Origin: Fidelibacterota bacterium
GTDB taxonomy: Bacteria > Fidelibacterota > Marinisomatia > Marinisomatales > TCS55
DNA: 64,000 nucleotides
Reading direction: 5' to 3'
NCBI GenBank assembly: GCA_014381755.1
Contig: JACNLB010000120.1
Location: forward strand, 60,150 to 124,149
In this document: piece after piece, positions 31,301-39,828 of the stretch
Layout: each line of letters begins with the position of its first letter
How positions within the stretch are numbered: position 1 is the stretch's first letter
Made by a program: the position numbers and the translations under genes
Notes under the pieces: generated by a model
What the model saw: only the letters and a program-made list of their open reading frames with translations
Databases searched by the model: none
Told to the model about the DNA's origin: nothing

Positions 31301-32010
31301 CCGTTTTTATTAAAAAATGGTTGTGCTTTCATTACATTACCTTCAGGACTGAAACTGATAATATCATCAAAACCATCATTATTCCAGTCTGCAACTCCGG
31401 CATAAACAAACCCCGACCCGAAGCGCATTGCTTCCGGTTCCAAGCGGTTAGCTATAAAAAGCTGCCCATCCTCATTCACGTCCACAATGGCCAACCCGCG
31501 GACAGGACTGCCCAGGGAAACAACCAATTCCTGATCGTCATCGCCGTCCTGGTTAAGTAATTCAAAATTGTGGCAACGCAGAAATATATTACGCTCTGAC
31601 AGGTTCAATGTACTCGCCGGTGTTTCGCTGAAGCCTTCACCATCCCAAGGATAATAATACACAATAGGATGTAAAATACGTTCCTCATTTTCATCTGTGA
31701 GATTCATAATTGTAATGAGTTCAGGGTTGCCGTCTCCATCTAAATCGCCCAATTTCAAATTCACAAAATTGCCCAGCAAGCCATCCGGCGCAGCCAGTTC
31801 CCAATTCAATTGCTGATAACCATCGCCATCAATCTCATAGTAGCGGATCATGGAAACAGAATGACCGTTTTCGTGACCAATTTCAATCGCAGCAAATTCA
31901 TAAAGACCATCTTGATCAAGATCAAACGTTCCTTCCATATGAATAACCTGAAGGTCTTTGCTTAAAACAACGCTCATTATCAGCAAAATGATTGTGGTGA
32001 GTTTCTTCAT
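28342..32010 (-). CDS. Large secreted protein: FG-GAP/VCBS repeats, about 7 cadherin-like/He_PIG Ig repeats, C-terminal TM
   Basis: Signal peptide; DLDQDG, DLDGDGNPEL, DWNNDGFDD, DWDADGFLD, DFDQD; repeated P.GM....G.L.W.P; hydrophobic C-terminus. Confidence 0.85.
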   Translation of the reverse strand: MKKLTTIILLIMSVVLSKDLQVIHMEGTFDLDQDGLYEFAAIEIGHENGHSVSMIRYYEIDGDGYQQLNWELAAPDGLLGNFVNLKLGDLDGDGNPELITIMNLTDENEERILHPIVYYYPWDGEGFSETPASTLNLSERNIFLRCHNFELLNQDGDDDQELVVSLGSPVRGLAIVDVNEDGQLFIANRLEPEAMRFGSGFVYAGVADWNNDGFDDIISFSPEGNVMKAQPFFNKNGSFIQGEANHIIVSGMNGFLNRSVTITDWDADGFLDVIAPFQSGHLIALTMSQAGIDIDNIPNDAGPLSDVQIADFDQDTYTDLLLVSGEMNMITVSFGAEIPEEKSESYFTLTVDTVDIQVFSALPVIQQGQYTGTSIAAGWDGDETSVFLTDLGLPPPIDKPIVRDSLTDPIDLLDIFPEIEGREIGSLAAGIKPIKSLGQPLPKGVLPRHVLPVEQLFVYSIPEDEANQFYSFRWLLPPPKGMFFHYETRSIQWVPNGTQLGAYKLAYHIEMKTGETVELESEEIDSLLTYKVVPHLEGYDERLWIYVNDSPEFISEPLVTEFVAKSLFTYSPIINDYNQDANIQFTLDVSPDGMEMDSSGALYWQTDSSHVNIYDVRIVASDGFDRAAQEFQLFARAGVIILSEADSIIRVNELFKYQVDVWRPDLDQELTYKMLYHPEGMTLSELGLIEWTPAVSQIDSQNFAIVANHGVAADTQEVILFVNHPPVIDRAPPPMNKVNLGYVWDFQLEVTDPNVNDALTYTAVEMPDGMRMDPFTGRLRWEPTRDEMDFGHLKIEVDDGKDVRTIEADFFINSPIKLVSIPVMQATVGQQYKYKIMTTDLNKGSLLPFDHVVKLEDTEKARVYAVNIADDVYRENVDRYIGDWNAADVIYLTSQGDMESEEFSRLNLKRYVHSIFWEDDRLMVIIEEKDDRSVSVKDVLWEFFQGSKGKPPKVIVERRSAIRYTLEEFPDGMEVDEFTGTLLWTPGKDQYDNYAIKLVVSDGYTKDEQSFELYVNHPATIVSQAPKVALVEEMYKYQIQVEDKNADAELHYELIKGPQGMQMSNTGKIVWIPKASQVNKHSFAVEVSDGYHKDNQSGQVFVNIPPSIISKPKPVGLTGYEYRYKVVVEDLNGDRVAFRSIRLPKYASFNKKSGLFKWRPRNNQRGPHDIIITAIDARGATTTHQFQIHVFENPDARRFVNTGWPLMLTFVGVMFAWGVAQF

Positions 32011-34058
32011 TGTATATTTTTACCTACTGAATCCAGTGCAATACTGTCAACGCCCATAAACTCTAATGTTTTATGCTGTAGCTCCTTCATGCGCGCAGCA
32101 AGTTCTGCATCATTGAACATCTCGCTTTTCATGTTTTTAATACTAATATCACCAGAAAAAGTAATATTCGTTGTCACTGATTTATTGCCCGTGCTATCAA
32201 TTGTAATCTCTCCTGTCATATTCCATAATTCAATTGCTCTTCCAAAAATAGACAGCCTATGCCTGTTTTCAGACAGTGGAGTCAATACTGAAATATATGA
32301 ATTATTTTTGGTTTTCAGCTCTGATTCACTTTGATATAATGAAATACCATTTTCCGCCTCATCCAATCGCATTGACCCTGAAAATCCTGTAAATAAATAC
32401 GTAGGATAATGGATAAGGTCATTACGCCAGTTGGCGGGAACCAATTCTACAGTTGAAGAATCAATTGGGGGTTCTATCACGGCTGAAAATTGATTGGTTG
32501 CCAGGTCATGAGTCAAGGTCATTGTGAATAAAACTACACCACTATCCGGTTCCGATGAATAAGAAAATTTCACATATTTATTAGAATTTACTCTACCAAG
32601 ATTTGTTGAGATTGAATGAGACGTGGAAGAATATTGAGAAAGAATGTGTTCATCAACCATCACGGCAAACGAAGGCTCCCCATCAAATACAAAGCGTTTT
32701 TTCCCTTCGTCTTTTATAGGAGTATGTACAGTCACTGAATACGGTTCATAAGGCGGGGGAATATAAACAATAGGTGGTTTTGTAGTATCAATTACACTAA
32801 CGGCATAGGTGCGTTCTAATCCTTCTAGAACAGGAAAGATTCTATGACGATCGCCTAAATCATCTTCGTCTGACACTAGTTCTTCGTTTAATCGCTGCTC
32901 TAAAAAGAATTTGAATTCATGAACACCAATATCTTCTCGTCTTGGGATCCACGAAATAGTCCCTGTACTCGGATTAAAATTGGCATTGGATGGAGGTTTT
33001 GATAACCAATTAAAACTATAAAATTCTATGGCCGTATCCACTGCTGCTTTGTAATTGAGTGTATCCCCCAATCTTAACGTATCGTCCGGAATGATAACGA
33101 TTATAGAATCTGGTTCTGGCTCATTATTAATATCATACAAGCCCGCTGCTTCTCTAATTGCCAAGAGTTCGTTTATTTCCTTATTGCTTGCACTGTCCGG
33201 AAGAACAAAAAGGTTTTGTCTGCTTAACGTGCTTTCTAATAATACAAATGTGCTGTCAACAAACGCCAGTGTTAATACTTTGCCGCTTTCAAAAGGTAGT
33301 TGAAGTTCTTCATGCTGATCATTATCCAAATCTGTTTTTTGGATTGCAGAACCTAACAGTCTTTGTGCACCATTTAGGGGCAATGTGTTTTCAGTTACAA
33401 TCACAGCTTTTTCATCCGCCCGAAACAGTGTTGCTTTCAATGTATCCTTTTCCGGGCTAAAAACTGCCAAGTGCGTTTCATCGTTCAAATTCACGAAGCT
33501 GGAAAAAACAGGACCGAAACCATTGTGCAGCATATCCGGCAATTCAATATTTACAGTATTTCCAACAAAGCCTTGATCTTCACTATCAACATCTAATAAT
33601 ACAGCTGCTCTATAAGGACTGCCAACGGCTATGGATAAAATTCCGGACTGAAGATCAACGTCGAAATGGTTGGGGTGCAATAAATCGCCATTATCGATTG
33701 TGATCGCTTGGGGAATAAAAAGAGAATCTGTCCAGGAAAAGAGACGCAGCCACTTGTTTCCATTCATCCGTTCTCCCGGTAAGTAGTCAACCAAAACAAT
33801 TAATTCTGTTTTACCGTCATTATTAATATCATACATAATGGCATCTTTAATCGAATAGTTTGCAGGGATTAGTTCCCACATTAATTCATGTGATCCATCA
33901 TCTTGAACTTCAACATAACGGAGATGATCTTCAGTAAATAAAAGCACTTCTTCCAAATTATTATTATTGAGATTAAACGGACCATTTATACTCATGGATC
34001 CACCGTGGATTCCTACGTGCAGAAAAACTGCGTATATACACAATTTATGTGGGTTCAT
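32007..34058 (-). CDS. Secreted FG-GAP/Ig-repeat protein, partial paralog of 28342-32010
   Basis: DINNDGKTELI, DLDNDQHEEL; shared FYSF.WL..PP....F...T..I.W.P and P.LEG motifs; 4-bp overlap with the downstream gene. Confidence 0.78.
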   Translation of the reverse strand: MNPHKLCIYAVFLHVGIHGGSMSINGPFNLNNNNLEEVLLFTEDHLRYVEVQDDGSHELMWELIPANYSIKDAIMYDINNDGKTELIVLVDYLPGERMNGNKWLRLFSWTDSLFIPQAITIDNGDLLHPNHFDVDLQSGILSIAVGSPYRAAVLLDVDSEDQGFVGNTVNIELPDMLHNGFGPVFSSFVNLNDETHLAVFSPEKDTLKATLFRADEKAVIVTENTLPLNGAQRLLGSAIQKTDLDNDQHEELQLPFESGKVLTLAFVDSTFVLLESTLSRQNLFVLPDSASNKEINELLAIREAAGLYDINNEPEPDSIIVIIPDDTLRLGDTLNYKAAVDTAIEFYSFNWLSKPPSNANFNPSTGTISWIPRREDIGVHEFKFFLEQRLNEELVSDEDDLGDRHRIFPVLEGLERTYAVSVIDTTKPPIVYIPPPYEPYSVTVHTPIKDEGKKRFVFDGEPSFAVMVDEHILSQYSSTSHSISTNLGRVNSNKYVKFSYSSEPDSGVVLFTMTLTHDLATNQFSAVIEPPIDSSTVELVPANWRNDLIHYPTYLFTGFSGSMRLDEAENGISLYQSESELKTKNNSYISVLTPLSENRHRLSIFGRAIELWNMTGEITIDSTGNKSVTTNITFSGDISIKNMKSEMFNDAELAARMKELQHKTLEFMGVDSIALDSVGKNIQ

Positions 34059-34300
34059 TTACTAACCGTTTTGTATTACCTCGAATCGACAATTATTCAG
34101 GGAATAAATTAAAGTATCGCCAAAAGGCCCTTTAAATGATGTTCCCTTACCTCTACTGAAAAGGAATATAGTCTACCCCTCTCGAAAAATACAAGGAAAA
34201 GGGACTGTTTTACCCATAGAATTGTCTAAATTTAGCGCAATATTTCCCTTCTCAAATTGACATCTGCAAATATAAATTTAATAATGCATTACACAGAAAA

Positions 34301-35221
34301 ATGCTGAAACGAATATTTTTCATATTACAATTAATTCCGCTGTATTTAAGCGCCCAAAGCGACTTATACCCCATACAGGACTATTACGGTGGAGGAATTG
34401 GGTACAGTCCTATGTATATATCATTGGATTCAATCCCCGGAGCAAAAATGATGACAACGTTGGGATTGAACACGAAAAATTTTGATAGCCCATTTATCGT
34501 TCATGGCGGCGAGGGGTTTACCCATATTGCAGGACGTTGGCGCCTCGGCGGTTACGCCGGTATCGGTTCTTCCAGAATTAGTAATATAATGGATGTTTAT
34601 TTTTACCAAGAGACCAATGATTCAACTGGGATTCAAGAAAATTCGTCTCCTTTGGCGACTGATGGGGATAAGATTGTAGCCTACGAAGGCAGTTTTCGCC
34701 CTACTGTTTCTGCCAAGTTTTCATTTACGCTTGGGGCTGTTATATTAGAATATGTAATTCCCGTTTTCAGAGATCTGGAAATTTCAGGCGGTGTTTTGAT
34801 GGGACTCGGACGGGTAAATGTCAGCATCGACCAGCATACCGGGGAAGCACAGTGGAATGATTTGTTTTCTAATTCATACGGTACAGTTTCAAATGGCGCA
34901 GTATATTACAGCGTAGATTCTTCTTATTCGGATACGGATGCAGATTCTATCATTGGGGCGATGCAGGGAACAACGCTTTCCCCTGTTAATGGTTATGGCG
35001 GGATGACGGACATTAGTGGCACATTTTTCAATTTTCAACCTTATGTAGCAATCAAATGGCAAATTATGGATCGTGTAGGATTGCGCTTGAGCCTTGGTTA
35101 TAATCAAGGAACAATTGGCGCAGGGGAATGGTTTTTGAACGATCGTAAACAAATCGCCGACTCACCAAAATCAACATTACAGGGCCTAACTATACGTACC
35201 ATGTTTTATTTTGGTTTATAG
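34301..35221 (+). CDS. Putative outer-membrane beta-barrel protein
   Basis: Signal peptide, Gly/aromatic amphipathic strands, C-terminal TIRTMFYFGL. Confidence 0.65.
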   Translation: MLKRIFFILQLIPLYLSAQSDLYPIQDYYGGGIGYSPMYISLDSIPGAKMMTTLGLNTKNFDSPFIVHGGEGFTHIAGRWRLGGYAGIGSSRISNIMDVYFYQETNDSTGIQENSSPLATDGDKIVAYEGSFRPTVSAKFSFTLGAVILEYVIPVFRDLEISGGVLMGLGRVNVSIDQHTGEAQWNDLFSNSYGTVSNGAVYYSVDSSYSDTDADSIIGAMQGTTLSPVNGYGGMTDISGTFFNFQPYVAIKWQIMDRVGLRLSLGYNQGTIGAGEWFLNDRKQIADSPKSTLQGLTIRTMFYFGL

Positions 35222-35260
35222 CTCACGTTGATCTAAATCCTTTTATCAAAAATTAATTCA

Positions 35261-36868
35261 ATGAAAAATAAAAAAATATTCCAACGTGTTCCTTTTGCGT
35301 TAACCGTCATTACAGTTGCATTATTTGTACTCATTCCCCTTTCACAAATTTTGTATTCCAAAAATCCTTACAGCGCCATTGAAGGCAAGTTTAAGGTTAT
35401 GAATCAAATTTTATATTATATCAATCAACTTTATTTCGAAGATGTTGATATGGATGAACTGATGGAAGGAGCTTTTCAGGGTATATTCAAAAAATTAGAT
35501 CCTCATTCTATTTATATCCCCGCTAAACAGCAGGAAGAAATTGATGAACTTTTTCGGGGGTCATTCCAAGGTATTGGAATTGAGTTTGATATTTTGAACG
35601 GCTATATAACGGTTATATCTCCTGTGGCTGATAGCCCATCAGAGCGCGCCGGGCTTATGCCGGGAGATCAAATTATCGCCATCAATGGTGAAGATGCCTA
35701 TGAAATCACTAAAAAAGATGTGTTTAAAAAGTTGCGCGGACCAAAAGGAACAGAAGTGATTATCACAATTAACCGTCTTGGAGGTGACCACTTTGATGTA
35801 ACCATTGTGCGGGATGATATTCCTATTTACAGCGTTCGAGCATCATTAATGCTGGATAGTGAAACAGGATATATCTGGCTGACACGATTTTCTGCAACAA
35901 CAGATGAAGAAGTTCGCACTTCGTTTAATCAACTCGAAGCGCAGGGTATGAAACGGCTAATTTTAGACCTCCGTAATAATAGCGGTGGATATTTAGAACA
36001 AGCTGCAGCTATTAGTAATTTATTTATCGCCCGAAAAGACACGTTGGTTTTTACAAAGGGAAAAAGCAAAAATATGGAACAGGTGTTTATTGCAGATCCC
36101 ATTCAAGGACGGGAGGATTATCCCCTGATTGTGCTCATCAATCGCGGATCAGCCAGTGCCAGCGAAATTGTCGCCGGGTCTGTTCAGGATCTTGATCGGG
36201 GACTTGTTGTGGGTGAAACCAGCTTTGGTAAAGGACTGGTTCAACGACAATTACCATTAAATGATGGATCAGCAATGCGGGTCACTATCGCTCGGTACTA
36301 TACGCCCAGTGGTCGCCTCATACAACGGCCATATTCAAATGGCGATACAAAAGATTATTATAAAGATTTATATATTGAAAATCGTGAATCAGTTCTTGAT
36401 TCATTAAAAGAACTCAGACCAAAATATAAAACTCGGGCTGGAAGAATTGTATACGGAGGCGGGGGCATTACACCTGATCAACACATTGCCTGGGATTTAA
36501 AACTTCAAAAAAATACACAAAAATTACTTACTCATACGAAACGACCCTTTTTTAATTGGGGGTCTAATTATGCTAGTAGTCATAGAGATGAATTTGAAAC
36601 CTTCGAAAATTTTAAATCTTACTGGGAACTTGATGAAAATGACTTCCAACTATTTTTAGATTATGCATCCAACGAAGAAATTGAGTTAAATCTGGATGAA
36701 CTGGGATTAGACAAAGATTATATTTTAAATATGTTAAAATCAGAAATCGCCGGGGCACATTGGGGAAAAGATGAGGCAATTGGCGTTCGTTTAAATTATG
36801 ATAATCAAGTTATGACCGCTATAAATTATTTTAACGAAGCTGCTGGATTCATCAATAATTCACAGTAA
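35261..36868 (+). CDS. ctpA: Carboxy-terminal processing protease, S41 family with PDZ domain
   Basis: LDPHS.Y, FQGIGIE, LILDLRNNSGG, SASASEIVAG, SFGKGLVQ, GGGITPD. Confidence 0.93.
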   Translation: MKNKKIFQRVPFALTVITVALFVLIPLSQILYSKNPYSAIEGKFKVMNQILYYINQLYFEDVDMDELMEGAFQGIFKKLDPHSIYIPAKQQEEIDELFRGSFQGIGIEFDILNGYITVISPVADSPSERAGLMPGDQIIAINGEDAYEITKKDVFKKLRGPKGTEVIITINRLGGDHFDVTIVRDDIPIYSVRASLMLDSETGYIWLTRFSATTDEEVRTSFNQLEAQGMKRLILDLRNNSGGYLEQAAAISNLFIARKDTLVFTKGKSKNMEQVFIADPIQGREDYPLIVLINRGSASASEIVAGSVQDLDRGLVVGETSFGKGLVQRQLPLNDGSAMRVTIARYYTPSGRLIQRPYSNGDTKDYYKDLYIENRESVLDSLKELRPKYKTRAGRIVYGGGGITPDQHIAWDLKLQKNTQKLLTHTKRPFFNWGSNYASSHRDEFETFENFKSYWELDENDFQLFLDYASNEEIELNLDELGLDKDYILNMLKSEIAGAHWGKDEAIGVRLNYDNQVMTAINYFNEAAGFINNSQ

Positions 36869-36886
36869 ATTTAAAAGCTGGAATTA

Positions 36887-36915
36887 TTGACATTTCCAAT
36901 GGATATTAATAAGTT
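36887..36915 (+). promoter_or_regulatory. Putative sigma70 promoter of the exbB operon
   Basis: TTGACA-17 nt-TAAGTT; GGAGG SD before ATG 36970. Confidence 0.55.
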
Positions 36916-36969
36916 CGGCGTCGATTTACCGAGGAAAACAATCAATAAAAAAGAAAAACGGAGGACTAG

Positions 36970-37593
36970 ATGCTAGTCGAATATTTCGTAAATGGTGGAC
37001 CATTCATGTGGCCCATATTAATATCACTTGTTTTTGGCCTTGCATTTGTTGGTGAACGATTTTATTCACTGATTATGTCATCAATAAACGCAGAAAAGTT
37101 TTTTAATGATATACACAGTTCGTTAGATGGTGAAGGAATAGAATCAACAATTGAATTGTGTGAAAAAACAAACGGCCCCGTTGCTGAAATTTTTCATGCT
37201 GGACTTTCCAGAATGCATCGTGGCATAGCAGAAGTAGAAAAAGCTATCCAAAATGCTGGATCACTTGAAATGTCTTTTCTGGAAAAAAATATGATTTGGC
37301 TAAACGCAGTCATAACCATTGCTCCTATGCTTGGATTTACCGGCACAGTAGCGGGTATGGTAAATGCATTTGATGCCATTGCAGCAGCAGATGATATATC
37401 GCCGGCAGTTGTAGCCGGGGGTATTTCTCAGGCGTTGTTAACAACTGCCTTTGGATTGATTGTAGCAATGATTATTCAAATTTTCCAGAACATCTTTGTA
37501 GCTCGAATTGATAAGCTGGTTCTGGATATGGAAGAACATTCCATACAACTCGTCGACCATCTCTATGAGATGGATGCAAAGAAAAAGAAATAA
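36970..37593 (+). CDS. exbB: MotA/TolQ/ExbB proton channel protein
   Basis: GGPFMWPI, IAPMLGFTGTV.GM, GISQALLTTAFGL. Confidence 0.9.
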   Translation: MLVEYFVNGGPFMWPILISLVFGLAFVGERFYSLIMSSINAEKFFNDIHSSLDGEGIESTIELCEKTNGPVAEIFHAGLSRMHRGIAEVEKAIQNAGSLEMSFLEKNMIWLNAVITIAPMLGFTGTVAGMVNAFDAIAAADDISPAVVAGGISQALLTTAFGLIVAMIIQIFQNIFVARIDKLVLDMEEHSIQLVDHLYEMDAKKKK

Positions 37594-37605
37594 TATACTG
37601 TACCG

Positions 37606-38001
37606 ATGAAGAAAAAACGCCGCTTTAAACGCGGAGAAATCCCTACAGCTTCGATGGCAGATATTGCCTTTTTACTACTCATATTTTTTCTGGTAACCAC
37701 TACGATTGATATGGACAAAGGATTAGGTATTGTTCTCCCTGCCGAAGGTGAAGAAATAGAAATTAAAAAAGATAATATTCTCAATTGTCTGATTAATTCC
37801 AGTGGGAAGGTTTTGTTGGGCGGAGATCCAGTAAAAATAAGAGACATCAATAAAGAAATTCGGAGAAGGATAGCTGAAAATAACAAGTTGATCATATCTG
37901 TAAAGGCACATGAAAAAACAAAATATAGTGATTACGTAAGTGTCATTGATCAACTTAAAATGGCGAATGCTAAACGTATTTCCATTGCTGAGAGCGATTA
38001 A
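37606..38001 (+). CDS. exbD: ExbD/TolR family protein
   Basis: IPTASMADIAFLLLIFFLVTT. Confidence 0.9.
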   Translation: MKKKRRFKRGEIPTASMADIAFLLLIFFLVTTTIDMDKGLGIVLPAEGEEIEIKKDNILNCLINSSGKVLLGGDPVKIRDINKEIRRRIAENNKLIISVKAHEKTKYSDYVSVIDQLKMANAKRISIAESD

Positions 38002-38411
38002 TGAAACTCAAGCGTAAAACACAAATATCAACTGATATCCCAACAGCGTCCATGCCGGATATTATTTTTATGCTGTTGATATTTTTCATGGTAACAACTG
38101 TCCTTCGTGAATATTCAGGCTTACCTATTGAACTCCCAAGAGCAAAACGGATCGAAAAGCTCAAATCAAAACGGCACACCTCTCATATCTGGGTTTCAAA
38201 AGAAGGAATGGTCTCGATTCAGGACAAACTACACAGCGTTGATAATGTTCGCCATATTATGTACGAAGTACGCGCAGCAGACCCTTTATTGACCGTTTCG
38301 CTGAAAGCAGATAAATCTGCAAAAATGGGACTCATATCTGAAATTCATAATGAACTTAGAAAAGCCGATGCTCTGAAATTGAATTATTCGACTAAAACAG
38401 CAGTTGAATAA
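38001..38411 (+). CDS. exbD: ExbD/TolR family protein (second copy)
   Basis: IPTASMPDIIFMLLIFFMVTT, LKAD. Confidence 0.9.
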   Translation: MKLKRKTQISTDIPTASMPDIIFMLLIFFMVTTVLREYSGLPIELPRAKRIEKLKSKRHTSHIWVSKEGMVSIQDKLHSVDNVRHIMYEVRAADPLLTVSLKADKSAKMGLISEIHNELRKADALKLNYSTKTAVE

Positions 38412-38415
38412 TCCT

Positions 38416-39033
38416 ATGGTCAAATATTCCCCTATATTAAAATTCAATTATCCTGTTATAGTACGTATAGCAGGTTTAGTTGGAATTTTACTGATTACAT
38501 TTGGATTTTTATTTATTCCACGGAGTTTTGAAGTTGTTGTCTTGGAAGATGCTGATCAAATCATTATTGAACAAATTGACATTCCTCTCACTCAGCAAAT
38601 AGATTTACCACCGCCTCCAGCTCGTCCTTCCGTGCCTATTGAATCAGAAGATGAAGATTTAGCAGATGATTTAACAATTGAAGAAACGGACTTGGAAAGT
38701 TTTGAGGCTTGGGACGCTCCTCCGCCTCCGCCTGAAGGACCACGCGTAAAATTTATACCCTATGATGATCCACCCAAACCTCTTACTCCTATCCGACCAA
38801 AATATCCTGAAATTGCCCAGGAAGCGGGAATTGAAGGGACCATTATTGTACAAGTATTTGTTGATAAAAAAGGGCGGGTAAAAGAAACGTCCATTTTAAA
38901 AGGAATACCAAATACCGGACTGGATGAAGCAGCCATAGCCGCAATTCGCAAAACACGCTTTAGACCGGCTAAACAGCGGGAAAGAGCTGTGGGTGTTTGG
39001 ATTTCCATCCCGGTGAATTTTAGGCTTAAATAA
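38416..39033 (+). CDS. tonB: Energy transducer TonB (start uncertain, 38404 or 38416)
   Basis: TM anchor, Pro-rich linker, PKYPEIAQEAGIEG.V.V, LDEAA..A, F.PA, PVNF.L. Confidence 0.9.
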   Translation: MVKYSPILKFNYPVIVRIAGLVGILLITFGFLFIPRSFEVVVLEDADQIIIEQIDIPLTQQIDLPPPPARPSVPIESEDEDLADDLTIEETDLESFEAWDAPPPPPEGPRVKFIPYDDPPKPLTPIRPKYPEIAQEAGIEGTIIVQVFVDKKGRVKETSILKGIPNTGLDEAAIAAIRKTRFRPAKQRERAVGVWISIPVNFRLK

Positions 39034-39038
39034 ACTCT

Positions 39039-39064
39039 AAAGCCCTCCAAGGAGGGCTTTTTTT
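39039..39064. terminator. Intrinsic terminator between tonB and sdhB
   Basis: AAAGCCCTCC-AA-GGAGGGCTTT followed by a T tract. Confidence 0.85.
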
Positions 39065-39084
39065 ATAGCTTCACTTATAAATAA

Positions 39085-39828
39085 TCAACCTTTTAAACTG
39101 GCTTTTAAAAACTCTCTGTTGAGTCTACCAATATGACTAATGGAAATTTCCTTTGGGCATTCAATTTCACAGGCCCCTGTGTTTGTACAATTACCAAACC
39201 CTTCCTCATCCATCGCTGCAATCATATTTAAAGCTCGTTCAACCCGTTCCGGTTGACCTTGAGGTAGCAGAGCTAATTGAGAAACTTTAGCAGCTACAAA
39301 CAGCATTGCCGATGAATTTTTACATGTTGCCACACATGCGGCGCACCCAATACAAGATGCAGCATCCATGGCCTCCTCTGCGTTCCTTTTTGCAATGGGT
39401 ATAGCGTTTGCGTCCGGAGTTCCGCCTGTTTTAACAGAAACATATCCACCCGCTTCCATAATTCTGTCAAAAGACGTTCTTTCGACTATCAAATCTTTAA
39501 TGACCGGAAAAGCTTTTGCTCTCCAAGGCTCTACAACAATTGTTTCACCATCTTCAAAACTACGCATATGGAGTTGGCAGGTTGTAATGCCTCTTATCTT
39601 TCCATGAGCTCTACCATTTATAAATAAACCACACGTTCCACAGATTCCTTCCCGACAATCATGGTCAAACGCTATGGGTGTTTTCCCGGCTAATACAAGT
39701 TGATCGTTTAACATGTCCATCATTTCAAAAAAAGACATATCTCCAGAAACGTTCTCCACAGGATAGGTTTCAAAGGCTCCTTGAGATTCGGCGTTATTCT
39801 GCCGCCAAACCTTTAATATCACCTTCAT
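39085..39828 (-). CDS. sdhB: Succinate dehydrogenase/fumarate reductase iron-sulfur subunit
   Basis: [36 protein letters not shown]. Confidence 0.95.
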   Translation of the reverse strand: MKVILKVWRQNNAESQGAFETYPVENVSGDMSFFEMMDMLNDQLVLAGKTPIAFDHDCREGICGTCGLFINGRAHGKIRGITTCQLHMRSFEDGETIVVEPWRAKAFPVIKDLIVERTSFDRIMEAGGYVSVKTGGTPDANAIPIAKRNAEEAMDAASCIGCAACVATCKNSSAMLFVAAKVSQLALLPQGQPERVERALNMIAAMDEEGFGNCTNTGACEIECPKEISISHIGRLNREFLKASLKG

